NCBI RefSeq assembly: GCF_001194135.2
Contig: NC_068987.1
Location: 9,947,902 to 10,011,901, forward strand
Reading direction: 5' to 3'
Length of the DNA stretch: 64,000 nucleotides
DNA from: Octopus bimaculoides
Lineage: Eukaryota
This document shows positions 51,590 through 64,000 of the stretch, piece after piece. A program made the translations under genes and the position numbers. The notes under the pieces are model-generated. The model was not told the origin of the DNA. It did no database searches and saw only the letters and a list, made by a program, of their open reading frames with translations. The first letter of the stretch is position 1. Every line of letters starts with the position of its first letter.

Positions 51590-51614
51590 TGTATAATAAT
51601 GTAATAATTATCAT

Positions 51615-51689
51615 TTGTAGTAGTAGTAGTAGTTATTGAAGTGGTGATGGTAATAGTAGTAGTAGTAGTTATTGAAGTGGTGATGGTAA

Positions 51690-51743
<54 letters not shown>

Positions 51744-51782
51744 CAGCAGCAGCAACAGCAGCAGCAGTAGTAGTAGTGGTGG
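51615..51782. repeat. (TAG)n/(CAG)n tract containing a 39-bp tandem duplication
   Basis: gtagtagtagtagtagttattgaagtggtgatggtaata occurs twice. Confidence 0.9.
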
Positions 51783-51875
51783 TTGTCAACTTAAAGAGAT
51801 GTGTTTCTTTGTAGATTTTTGCCTTTTGTATCTCTATTAATACCATTCTAATTTTTTTTTTTTCGTTTATTTCAG

Positions 51876-51910
51876 AAATTAGATTTATTCCTGTTTGTAG
51901 GTTTTATAAG
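51876..51910 (+). CDS. Putative 35-nt exon 3 of plus-strand gene (EIRFIPVCRFYK)
   Basis: Very strong acceptor (T-tract, cgtttatttcAG) and donor AAG|GTAAGc. Phase 1 start matches exon 2. Confidence 0.5.
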
Positions 51911-52711
51911 GTAAGCGTTTATTTAATTAACGTTTCCCTCAAAATAGTTTTTAATGACATTTTAGTTCGCCTTCGTAATGGCTTCGAGCTACAAAGACGA
52001 TTTCTACAAGACCTAACATGAAATGCAAAGCGGAAGAATAATACCAAACCTACCTTTCAAAAATTATCTCTTGTTTTAAACAGGGAGAGTTTTTCGCCTT
52101 TTAAGTAAAGTAAAATAGGATATTCACACATTTTGAAAACTTTTTGAGCGACGACAACAACTATAACAACACCAAGACTAACACACTCTGTCGATTACGA
52201 CGACGGGGCTTCCAGTTGATCTTATCTACGGAACAGCCTGGTTGGGAAATTAACGTGCAAGTGGCTGAGCACTCTACAGACACGTGTACCCTCAACGTTA
52301 GTTGAACACTAAGGTTACTTTAATCGACTATTCCCATCCTTCAAAATTTCTGGCCCTTGTGCCTTTAGTGGAAAGAAATATAACGGGGTTTGTTGAAGTT
52401 GGTTCTAGGTCCAATCCCACTGCGTTGAACATTGGACACGTGTCTTCAAGTATAATCTCGGGCATACCAGAGTGGATTTGATAGACAGAAANNNNNNNNN
52501 NNNNNNNNNNNNNNNNNNNNNNNNNNNNNNNNNNNNNNNNNNNNNNNNNNNNNNNNNNNNNNNNNNNNNNNNNNNNNNNNNNNNNNNNNNNNNNNNNNNN
52601 NNNNNNNNNNNNNNNNNNNNNNNNNNNNNNNNNNNNNNNNNNNNNNNNNNNNNNNNNNNNNNNNNNNNNNNNNNNNNNNNNNNNNNNNNNNNNNNNNNNN
52701 NNNNNNNNNNN

Positions 52712-52885
52712 AACCTTTGTCGGTGTGCTTATTTCCCCGTAAGCTATCGGTTCGGCAAAAAGAAACTGATAGAATAAGTCCTACACTTATAACCAAAAAT
52801 AAGGACAGGGCTCGATTCGTTCGAGTAAAATTCTCCAGGGCGGTGCCCCAGCATGGCCGCAGTCTAGTGACAAACATGAAAAACA
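52712..52885 (+). mobile_element. Repeat family B copy
   Basis: cggttcggcaaaa...ggcggtgccccagcatggccgcagtc. Confidence 0.7.
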
Positions 52886-52908
52886 CAAAAGATTAGCGTT
52901 GCTATTTT

Positions 52909-52947
<39 letters not shown>

Positions 52948-54342
52948 ATTTCTATTGTTGACTGAAACGCGTCACCGTATTTTTAGTAGACTTAGACACG
53001 GTACAAGTCAATCAGGCGAATTCTTTGGTTGACTTTCGTAGCCATGGCTAATGTATGTTTGTTTATATTGTACACATTGCTCTAGGACATACCATTTTAA
53101 AAAAAAGTACAAAACGTGATCACCATTGTAAAATATTACATTGTTTGTTTAAAAGAGATTTAGCTGTAATATTGATCAAATCGAGTGATTATGTAGACGT
53201 TCCTGCATTATCTTAAGCAAACACATATGTCTGTAGTATGGAAAACAAAGGACGACGGAGAAAAAAAGATGGCGATAGAAAGCCAGGTTATATACGGTCT
53301 GACTTTTGTCTTACTTCACTATTTCTCACTTATCTTAGATTTCTGGGTTCAAAACTATTCCAGGGACTTTGATTTTACGGCTGATACGTTCCAAAGAAAT
53401 AGAAATAACCAATGGAAATCAAATTCATTAAGTACAATTATGCTTTTCATCCTTTCGGGGGCGATAAAATAGGTACCAGTTGAATACTGGTGATCGATGT
53501 AATCAACTTAGATACTCCTAGATATGAGTACAGAAACTGTATCCCTCTGCCAAATTATGTCGACCCAGTAAGGCAGAGTATGCCTTGTAAGTTCAATCCG
53601 TAGCCCCGTTTATTAATAGCACTTCGTATTTGGTTCACTTACGCGGGTTTCCCGTTCTGAGGCTGTCTTCCTTTTTATCTCCAGCTTGTCTCAGACGCTA
53701 TTCTTTAAGCGATGTAAAAAATTACTATTACAATTCGAACTTCAACGACAAAAATATGATCAAAAACAAGAGCAACCGCAACAGCAACAGACAGCTACGA
53801 CAATAAGAAACTGCGTCGAGTTTACGAAATTAACTCTCAGACAATGACTTTCTCAAAATAGCTGTCTTAATTTGTCAATTTTTAAATAATTCTTCTTGAG
53901 AGTTGTTTTGAATATTTCGAAGAAGTCTTGAATAATAACAGAACTCCAGGAAATTTCCTTTACCGTTTCCAAAACTTTATAAATCAAATGGAATCATATA
54001 AAAACTAAATAAAAATAGAAATTTCATTTTCATTCAATAACCAAACTTACTTCATGAACTCAGCTATAAGCTGTGATATATTTTTTGTCATTGCGAGATA
54101 CAAGAGCATTTGGTAAACGTACGCGATAAGTTATAAGACGATGCAGTTTCATTAGTGTTAATTTGTAAACTTCTTAACAGTACCGTAGTTGTCAATAACT
54201 TATACAGTCTTAGGTATTGTTACCAATAAGTAAACAACAAGCGGAAAACGGAAATTGACGATGAAACTCGTGAGGTGTGATCGTGTCTTGCATCTCTTGG
54301 TCACCAAATACGAAAATAATTACAATGCTGTGGTAAATAACG

Positions 54343-54500
54343 GTGGTGAGCTAGCAAAATCGTTAGCGCGTCGAACAAAATGCTTTGCCTTTCATCCCTT
54401 CGGGATCCATAAGTATCAGTAAAGTACTGGAGTCGATGTAATTCATTTTGCTCTTCACCCACAGGGAATTGTCCTGGACTAGAATTGACTTTCGAGCATT
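54343..54500 (+). mobile_element. Degenerate SINE family A copy
   Basis: cggtggtgagctagcaaaatcgttagcgcg...gcctttcatccc. Confidence 0.65.
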
Positions 54501-56019
54501 CATGAAGATTCTGATATCATTAATGCTGTTAAATTATCTAGCAAAAGCTAGCATTATATATATATATATATATATATTATTTAGTTTAAAAGAGTTCCAG
54601 CACTGTCTGTTTTTTATGTTTTATTTATATTCCTGCAGAACCAATGTGGGGTATAGAATATGGAATATACAATATATAATATAATATACAATAAAATAAG
54701 AATGGTGCCATCCATTTTTATTTTATTTTATTTTATATTATATATTGTATATTATATTATATATTGTNNNNNNNNNNNNNNNNNNNNNNNNNNNNNNNNN
54801 NNNNNNNNNNNNNNNNNNNNNNNNNNNNNNNNNNNNNNNNNNNNNNNNNNNNNNNNNNNNNNNNNNNNNNNNNNNNNNNNNNNNNNNNNNNNNNNNNNNN
54901 NNNNNNNNNNNNNNNNNNNNNNNNNNNNNNNNNNNNNNNNNNNNNNNNNNNNNNNNNNNNNNNNNNNNNNNNNNNNNNNNNNNNNNNNNNNNNNNNNNNN
55001 NNNNNNNNNNNNNNNNNNNNNNNNNNNNNNNNNNNNNNNNNNNNNNNNNNNNNNNNNNNNNNNNNNNNNNNNNNNNNNNNNNNNNNNNNNNNNNNNNNNN
55101 NNNNNNNNNNNNNNNNNNNNNNNNNNNNNNNNNNNNNNNNNNNNNNNNNNNNNNNNNNNNNNNNNNNNNNNNNNNNNNNNNNNNNNNNNNNNNNNNNNNN
55201 NNNNNNNNNNNNNNNNNNNNNNNNNNNNNNNNNNNNNNNNNNNNNNNNNNNNNNNNNNNNNNNNNNNNNNNNNNNNNNNNNNNNNNNNNNNNNNNNNNNN
55301 NNNNNNNNNNNNNNNNNNNNNNNNNNNNNNNNNNNNNNNNNNNNNNNNNNNNNNNNNNNNNNNNNNNNNNNNNNNNNNNNNNNNNNNNNNNNNNNNNNNN
55401 NNNNNNNNNNNNNNNNNNNNNNNNNNNNNNNNNNNNNNNNNNNNNNNNNNNNNNNNNNNNNNNNNNNNNNNNNNNNNNNNNNNNNNNNNNNNNNNNNNNN
55501 NNNNNNNNNNNNNNNNNNNNNNNNNNNNNNNNNNNNNNNNNNNNNNNNTGAAAATTGTGTTAAATTATATTTAAACAACGGCAAATATTCTCTCAAACAT
55601 GAAAAGCGAAATTGTTAAGGAAAACAATTTGCCTTTCGTTTGAAATGGTTAATTATGTTTATAAAAAAGGTCATGTGTTTAGAATCCTCTAAATTGATGC
55701 CATTTTATCTCTAATTATCCCTTATTTTCAAAATCAGTCATATTCGCTTTCGGAATTTACTTTTCATTTTTATTTATTCATTTATTTTTTGTTATCTTTG
55801 CATATATTCGTTGCAAATTCCTTGAACATACTGTTTGGCTTCTATTTTCCTCGTTTTAAATGTATTGAACATGAAAAAAAATACAAAAAAAAAATCTTTG
55901 AAAATATTGAAGATTTTCGTAAAAACGATGGAAAAGAATTTGTTTTATCATTTTTGAAATATTCTGAACTCAGGATCCGTGAATGTAAACGAAAATTGAA
56001 AACGGAAAGCGGTTCTTAT

Positions 56020-56222
56020 TATTCACCTCTTTTACTAATTTCAGTCATTGGACTGCGACCATGTTCGGGTAGCGCGTCGAGGGCTTTTAATTGAACAAAT
56101 CGATCCTAGCAATTATTTTAAAGTTTGCTACTTATCTAATCGTACTCGTTTGCCAAACCTCTAAATTACGTGGACGTAAGCACACCAACACCGATTGTCG
56201 AGCGATGCAGGGACAAACACAA
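56020..56222 (-). mobile_element. Repeat family B copy
   Basis: tttcagtcattggactgcgaccatg...ggacgtaagcacacc. Confidence 0.7.
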
Positions 56223-56832
56223 AGATAGCCACATGTAATATACATGCAACCATACATACATACATACATATATATATATATATATGTGTGTGTGTGTTAT
56301 TTCTTTACTACTCACAAGGGGCTACACAGAGAGAGGACAAACAAGAACAGACAAACGGATTAAGTCGATTATATCGACCCCAGTGCGTAACTGGTACTTA
56401 ATTTATCGACCCCGAAAGGATGAAAGGCAAAGTCGACCTCGGCGGAATTTGGGAGTGGGAGGCCCCTCTGTTGTTGTCACAGCATCTGTCTAGGAGAGGG
56501 CAACCCTGAGAGAAAACCTGCGACACTAGAAAATATTCGATGATGTAGACTACTTCTTCTTTGCGAATTTATGTTGTCCATGTTCATAGAGTGGGATTGC
56601 ATTCGTGCAAATCCTTTCTCCCTTATAAAAAAAAACATGCATTGGCATCGCTTGAAAAAATGTAAGACTGGCTGGTCGTAACTTTCGCACATGTGGGACT
56701 TTCGATCAGGTGATGGTAATGCTCGAATACGAGTTTGTAGCCATCATATATATGTGTGTGTGTGTGTGTGGATTTATATGTATACGACGGATTCTACACA
56801 GTTTCCGTCTATGAAATTCACTTACAAGATAT

Positions 56833-57050
56833 TCTTTTCTACTCTAGGCATAAAGCTCGAAATTTTGGCGAAGGGGCCGGGCTAGTCGATTAGATTGACC
56901 CAAGTACGCAACTGGTACTTAATTTATCGACCCGGAAAGGATGAAAAGCAAAGTCAACCTGGGAGGAATTTGAACTCAGAACATAAAGACAGACGAAATA
57001 CCGCTAAGCATTTCGCCCGGCGTGCTAACCTTTCTGCCAGCTCGCCGCCT
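56833..57050 (-). mobile_element. SINE family A copy
   Basis: Full-length motifs ending ctgccagctcgccgcctta. Confidence 0.88.
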
Positions 57051-57649
57051 TAATTCTCTTATAAGATACTGGTCGGCCAGAAGCTATAGATAGTCAATAA
57101 AATGTTGATAATTATTGCCGGGAGAATACTTCAGAGAATTAACACTTTTGCAAATTCAGTGGGAAGATTATAGGCATATTTGATAAGATAGATTAAAATA
57201 TACTTAGATGTATTAATTGCAGTGAAGTGAACATTCGAGGAGGTTACCCAATTCTTCGTTGTAGACAATAAATCAACATTTCAAAATGAGTTCCATCCTT
57301 TTACTCTTTTATTTGTTTCAGTCATTTGACTACAGCCATGCTGGAGCATCGCCTTTAGTCGAACAATCTGATAGTGTATATACAGAAACTCTTTAATAGA
57401 AGCCTTGGGTGATGAGGTCACGCCTGGAAGGCTGATTACAGAAAATAGTTATCCTAGGTTTATTACAAATATATTCCTTGTATAAAGCCGCGAAAACTTT
57501 TTTTTTTTAGATATTTTGATATGTAGAAAATTAACTAAAGAGAGAAAATCTAAGCAGTCGGTTGACTTGTTAGAAATTGCAGCTGAAGCTTCCTCAAATC
57601 ACACTGCCGTCTTAAAATGGCACATAAGATACTATAATTATATCTTTTG

Positions 57650-57860
57650 CCTGTTTCTTTCATGTAAAAGATACTTGTCACTGGACTGCGACCACGGTAT
57701 GTGGGGGTGGAGGCAGGATACCCCCTTGAAGGGCTTAGTCGAATACATCGACTCCAGTACATAATTCTTTTTATAGTCTGGTTGTTAATTTATCGGTATC
57801 TTTTACCGAACTGCTAGGTTACAGGAAAGTAAACAAACCATTATCAGCCGTCAAGCAGTC
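57650..57860 (-). mobile_element. Degenerate repeat family B copy
   Basis: cactggactgcgaccacg...gtcgaatacatcgac...ccgaactgctag. Confidence 0.6.
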
Positions 57861-57906
57861 GTGGAAAATACACACATACATGTATATAAACACGTGTATG
57901 TATATG

Positions 57907-57939
<33 letters not shown>

Positions 57940-58097
57940 NNNNNNNNNNCAAAGTATTAACAGACGCTCAGGGAAGGAAAGAAAGGTAGTTTTACGTTTC
58001 GAGCAAAGCTCTTCGTCAGAAACAGGAGACGGAGAAAAGTCGAAGAGAAAAGGAAGACTGAGGAAAAATATCGGCAACGATCCACGTGTGGTTAGGG

Positions 58098-58250
58098 CTT
58101 CCACACAGTTTCCGTTTACTAAATGCACTCACAAGGCATTGGTTCTCTCAGAGATATAGTAGAAGACACTCACCAAAGTTGCCACACATCGAGACTGAAC
58201 CTGAAATCACATGGTTGCGAAGCTTGCTCCTTAACCACGCAGCCACGCCT
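58098..58250 (-). mobile_element. SINE family C copy
   Basis: cagtttccgtttactaaat.cactcacaaggcattgg...agtagaagacact. Confidence 0.75.
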
Positions 58251-58449
58251 ATATATCAACTTTGAGGCCAAGCGCTTATCGCACACAGGCTTAATTTTAT
58301 AATCACCCTCGTCACCTATTATCATTAGAGCTGCTGAGTAACACTAACTATAGAACAACGCACTAAATATCATGTAGTTGATGCTGCTTTGACTGTTCTT
58401 TTCAGCTAAAGAGGACATAAATTTTCTTCCAAAGATTATACTGATTATT

Positions 58450-58822
58450 ATGGCCCACTGGTTCGGGCAGCAGACACGCGGTCCTAGGATCTTGTTCCGG
58501 TTCCCTGACCGGGCGTTGTGAATGTTTATTGAGCGAAAACACCTAAAAGCTCCACGAGGTTCCGGCAGGGGATGGTGGCGAACCCTGCTGTACTCTTTCA
58601 CCACAACTTGCTCTCACTCTTTCTTCCTGTTTCTGTTGTGCCTGTAATTCAAAGGGTCAGCCTTGTCACACTCTGTGTCACGCTGAATATCCCCCGAGAA
58701 CTATGTTAAGGGTACACGTGTCTGTAGAGTGCTCAGCCACTTACACATTAATTTCAGGAGCAGGCTGTTCGGTTGATCGGATCAATTGGAACCCTCGTCG
58801 TCGTAAGCGACGGAGTGCCAAA
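58450..58822 (+). mobile_element. SINE family D copy
   Basis: Colinear with the 7302-7665 element over about 370 bp. Confidence 0.9.
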
Positions 58823-59440
58823 AGTCCCAAGTAATCAAAGACTTCCCTACCAGACCACACGATCATTTCTTCATTTCGGGAGACACCAGAGAAGAAATTA
58901 TTTTTACCATTGTCTTTCTAGAAAAAGGTGGGATGCGATTTAAAAGATTTGACAGCTATTTCTAGCAGGTGGAGTAAAAATACGCTCAAGATCCCTTGAC
59001 CAATGGAAAACTGGTTAAGTTAGTTGCAGGAGCGATGAAAGTGAATAGCAATATGTATTTAGAAGCAGGTAATTATAAACTCTTCGTTCGTGAACTGATA
59101 TAAGCTCTCTGTGGCTTTGTTAGGCTAATGTTATCAATACCATTATAATGATTAGAACGTATTCGTGTAGCCAGTGTACGATCAGAGAGATAAGGTCGCT
59201 AAACCATTACGCAAGGGATAAATGGCAAAACGAAAGAAAGAAAAATATATCAGTTTGAAATAAATAAATAAGAATCGCTTGAACAATCAGCAAGGTTTTG
59301 AGCATGCGCAAATTCAATTGCAAGTGTTACTTGCGAACAATAAATTACATCCCTATGTGTCAAAGTAACATCATTTCTGTTTTGTGCACGTGCGTATGTA
59401 TACGTACACACACACACACACACACACATATATATGTATA

Positions 59441-59485
<45 letters not shown>

Positions 59486-61074
59486 GGACAAGAACGCAAA
59501 ACATCCAGACAGACGATACAAAGAAAAGAAAGACGGGTCATTCGGAGTTTTCTCTCTTCAGTCGAGATCCAGATTATCCTTGCAATTTCGGCTGGTTATT
59601 CTCGATATTGCTCCAATCTGGCCAGCCCCAAGCAAAAACTAAGCTAAGAGCATTAGATTCCTTGGAAGAAAGCAGCGAATGTATACAAGAACAAGGACGA
59701 AAAAAAAATAATAATAATGTTACACAAATACAGTAGGAATAATAATGGGACATAATATTGACTTGACATGATTGAAGAACTATTTGGGTTCTTTTTTTAT
59801 TTGGTTTGCAGAATTATGTTTTGAGCTCGCCTGTTAAAAACGATTTTGGTATATCTCAGGGGGATGATTATGCAAATAATAAACACACGTGGGCCTATTT
59901 CCCCTCCTTGTTCTATTTTTGTTTTGGCAATTAGTTAACTATTTAAGCAATTAACTAATCGATGGCTTGATTAATCATTCGGTCAATCAACCAATCAATA
60001 GATAAACTAGGTTTGTCAAAGACCTTCGTTGCCATCTGTAGCTTCATCGACAACATGCCCTCTCTATTCCAGGTCCGCTTTAGATCTGGCTTACAGAATC
60101 GACATACAAGAATATTTTTCTCTTATTTCCTCACTAATAATTTATAAATAATTTGAATTCCTATTCGACATACACGCGTCTGTACTAAAGTAATCAATCA
60201 AACAAACGTGACTTAAGAGTCACACTTAATTTTTTCGTGGTAGAATATTTTGAATGGGTTGTATGATTTTTGTCGTGTGAAAATGAATTTTAATCATACA
60301 TTTAGAAGCAGAAATAACATGTCCATAAAATCTTACAAAGAGATATAAATACTATAATTAGAACTAAAGAAAGAAAATAGCAGTAAACTGCCAATATATT
60401 TTCAGACGTTGGCATAAGAGTTAAACAAACTAAAATATATAAAACATGATAAAAGATATAATTATCAAAGTAAGATAAGGGAGAATCTCGATAAAAATAT
60501 TACCATAACAAACAGAATAATTTATGCAGAAATATTTCAGAGAAGTTGTAAAACTAAGAAAGAATATCAATGAAAGGAGACAGCGTTTGAAATTATTATG
60601 AAATATTTAATGATAAGAATGTTCATACAGGAAGCAGATAAAACAAATTCTATGTGAAAAACCATAAAAAAATGCATGTAACAAAAATGAAATTATTTTT
60701 ATTTCTATTAATCTTGGAATTAATAAGAAAACAAAACATTGATGTGAAGTAGAATGTTATCTTTATACGCAGAAACACGACACAGATAAACACATACATG
60801 ATGAGATCTTTGGATACGTTTCGGTTATATATTTCTTGCACTATCTATAAATTCCCATTCGACCTTCATTCAACTGTAATAAGGCCTTGTAAGCCAAACA
60901 TAAAGTTTTTTTTAAATTTTTGGCTTTTGTATATTTTTCGAGTTGGAATATGAAGTGGTTATTGAAGATGAGAAGTGATCACCATTTCAACAACAACAGA
61001 ATTTGTCAAAACAACAGATGCCATATGACAATACTTCACCCAACGTCAAAATTTAAAATCAATAAATGTTATTC

Positions 61075-61130
<56 letters not shown>

Positions 61131-61545
61131 TCACATACACGCACAGTGAATTGAGCTCATGCGAATATATTTTAGTTTTGATCTTATCAATGCCGTTGCC
61201 TTGTGCCAAATCTAACAAGACTTCTGAAACTTGAATATCATCAAAAACAATATTTTTGATATTGAAGAGTTAATATCTATACAGATTGCATCTCCAGATA
61301 ATATCTGTTCAATCTTCATACAGCTTATGTGTTATTTTCACATGAACATTATCTTCCACGACACACCAGTATTTGTAGAGAAAATAGCAATAGAATGATT
61401 GTAGCTACAATCGAGACAGTCCTCCATTTCGTGGATAAAACTTGGATCATTACTAACTCCAAGACGGGTTACCCCGGTCAACTGGTGTCCCCTTGACGCT
61501 GTATAAAATTATATTGCATAATATAATTTGTGCCTATCCCTGTAA

Positions 61546-61577
<32 letters not shown>

Positions 61578-61721
61578 NNNNNNNNNNNNNNNNNNNNNNN
61601 NNNNNNNNNNNNNNNNNNNNNNNNNNNNNNNNNNNNNNNNNNNNNNNNNNNNNNNNNNNNNNNNNNNNNNNNNNNNNNNNNNNNNNNNNNNNNNNNNNNN
61701 NTATACATATATACATACATA

Positions 61722-62968
61722 CAGGGTGCGTAAAGTATTTGAGGACATACTTTTTGGGTGGGGGTCATTACTGCATTTTTTGATAACTCTGTATAATCTT
61801 TGTTTCAGAAAATGATAACGGCAGACCCTCAGCTTACTCAAGAAATGAAGAGGCATGCAGTTATTGAGCTTATAAAGGCTGAGCATAGCGATTTAGAAAT
61901 ATCTCGATTTTTAAAAGTTGCCAGATCTTTCGTCTACAAAGTTTGTAAGGAGTTGGAGACTGAAGATGGAAACATATCTCCAGTATCAAAGCATAAAAAG
62001 TATTCTGAACGCTCTGAAATCATCGGAACACTTGAGTTTATCCAGTAAGTTCTCAGGAAGTCCATGAGGTCAATTGCAAGAGATCGCCGTGTGACAGAAG
62101 GAACAATCAGAAATGTTGTCCACGAAGACATCAGATATAGGGTTTATATAATGAGGAAAGATCAGTTTGTTCGAAAAAGCGAAAGAAAATCACTACATTA
62201 GATCTAAAAGGTTCTTAAACAAACTGAAAAATGCAGTAGAAGAAGATTTGATTTGGTTTTTACCAAACGAGAACAACTTCGACCAAGATCAAAAAGTTAA
62301 CAGAAGAAATGACAGAAGGTTATGTGCAAACCCTTCTGAAGGTCCAAGTGTTATGCATACAAACTTTCCTGTAACTGTCATTGTTTTAAGTGTTGTCAGC
62401 AATGAAGGACATGTGATGTCTCCTTACTTCTTTCCACCAAGCCTTAGAGTTAACTCTGCAGCCTACATTGAGGTCCTGGAAATAATTGTTAAGCCTTGGA
62501 TAGACAATGTATACAATGGAAGGCTAGATGTGTTTCAGTAAGACTCTGTACTATCACACATGGCTCTAGTAACACAGGAATGGATGGCTGAAAATGTTCA
62601 TGATCACATAACCCCTAACATTTGGCTTCCTAATTCCCCAGATCTCGATCCATTGGACTATTACATGTGGAGCATTGTTGATAGAGAGGTCAATGAACAC
62701 GCCCATAACACCAAGGATTCTTTGAAAGCTGCCATAGTCAGAGTAATGTCCAAAATTAACCAGAAGCACTTGATTCGAACATGTAAATGATTTAGATCTC
62801 GTCCAGAAGCAGTTGTTGAAGCTGAAGGTGGCTTTATTGAATAACTTTATAGAAAAGACGGTTTATTTTTATCCTCATAGCATTTCTTGATAAATGAAGT
62901 TATCTATTATTATATATGTATTTTTTTTTATAAACGTAAATCTGTTCTCAGATATCTTAAGCAACCTG
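61722..62968 (+). mobile_element. Near full-length decayed Tc1/mariner DD37D (maT-type) DNA transposon
   Basis: TA on both sides; degenerate 24-bp TIRs (cagggtgcgtaaagtatttgagga vs caggttgcttaagatatctgagaa, 18/24). Transposase pseudo-ORF about 61812-62844 with N-terminal HTH region, FQ*DSVLSH and WLPNSPDLDPLDY, 37 residues between the 2nd and 3rd D. Internal stops, a frameshift, and first D replaced by N. Confidence 0.92.
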
Positions 62969-64000
62969 TATATATGATTGGCATATTTGTTGATAACTCA
63001 GATTAGATGTATAAGTATTAAAAATAATAACTATTTCTTTAAAGAGTGTAGTTTCGATGTGCAGATCTCTAGGTTATTGGCTGAACATGCTTTCACTGTG
63101 CCACTCTCGCCAACGAGTAATTCGACAAATGTGTAATGTGTTATTTCTTTCGTTGTCTGTTCTCAATTATATTACTTCTATTATATCATCCATTATGTAT
63201 TATTTATTATTTTGGACATTGTCAAATGTACAAAATATAGTAAATACACAGTATATGTTGCCGCAATGTAAGGTTAATTTATTTATTGAAAAGTGACATT
63301 TCTCTCTGCCGATTGCCGAGAGTCACATTTTACAAACAACATGGACATATCTATGCGCTGCAAATTTTTGTAAAAGTCTCTTCACTTGCCATTTTCAGAT
63401 CTGCTAGAAGCAAATTAATTCTATAAATGTTTCCCGAACGGAGCATAGCAAATGAGTTTGCTATTATAATTTATTATTAAGCTATCATCAGAGTATTCTT
63501 TCAGTGTGTTTGTTCGTGTGTTGGCTATCGATAAAAATCAATGTTTATTTCTTTAAAGATTTGAACGCCTATACATGCATGTGAGGAAAAATGAAAATGA
63601 TACAGTGCAAAAAAAAAAAAATGGAGAAAAAACATAGCATTAAAAATGTGATCCAAATGTACCTTTGCACTTTGTGAATCATTGTATCTTATTTCAAACT
63701 TATTTCTCGCTTCATCATCTTTTCATGGGATTTGTCTTAAGGCCACAAAAATTCCGCTTATTATTAACCATTAAACTTTGCTACATTGAATTCTATATTT
63801 CCGAACGAACAAAGCCAAAGGCTTAAACCATTGTTGTTCTGGCATGGCGTATTCTCAATGCAAGAGTAAATTATTTGTACCTTAATGTTAGCTGCTTGTT
63901 GGAATGGTTAACGCATTTTATTTGCATTATCCTTTTCAACTGAATATGTGTAGTCACCTAAACACTGCTGTTTCCACCTATCCACGTGTAACTAAGTATC

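Noticed and set aside
59537-59565. Minus-strand CTGAAGA-GAG aaaa CTC-CGAAT
   Set aside because: GAAA box and stem I not satisfied; at most a degenerate repeat terminus.

Overview
AT-rich, microsatellite-dense animal genomic DNA with about 18 N-gaps (roughly 6.7 kb), most abutting simple repeats as in a short-read assembly. The SINE families and overall texture suggest an octopus genome (inference from pattern recognition, not a search). There are no prokaryotic features, rRNA genes, functional tRNA genes or CRISPR arrays, and almost all ORFs in the supplied track are microsatellite or gap artefacts. By hand I could assemble two spliced gene candidates that the ORF track largely misses. (1) A minus-strand gene of seven phase-compatible GT-AG exons (30090 down to 17536, about 235 codons, family not recognised); one exon carries an in-frame TAG, which an in-frame alternative acceptor could bypass or A-to-I editing could recode to Trp. 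(2) A divergent plus-strand gene starting MATATSVNGSSPRQCRFCNH at 40901 with three phase-compatible exons. The rest is mobile-element debris: at least five SINE families (several with TSDs), a near full-length decayed DD37D (maT-type) Tc1/mariner transposon, three MITEs, two Penelope-like GIY-YIG remnants, minimal hammerhead-ribozyme-like motifs, and R4/Dong-like, CRE-like and RTE-like LINE remnants. I found no evidence for a large novel multi-gene system. The best leads are the stop-containing exon and the two unassigned genes.
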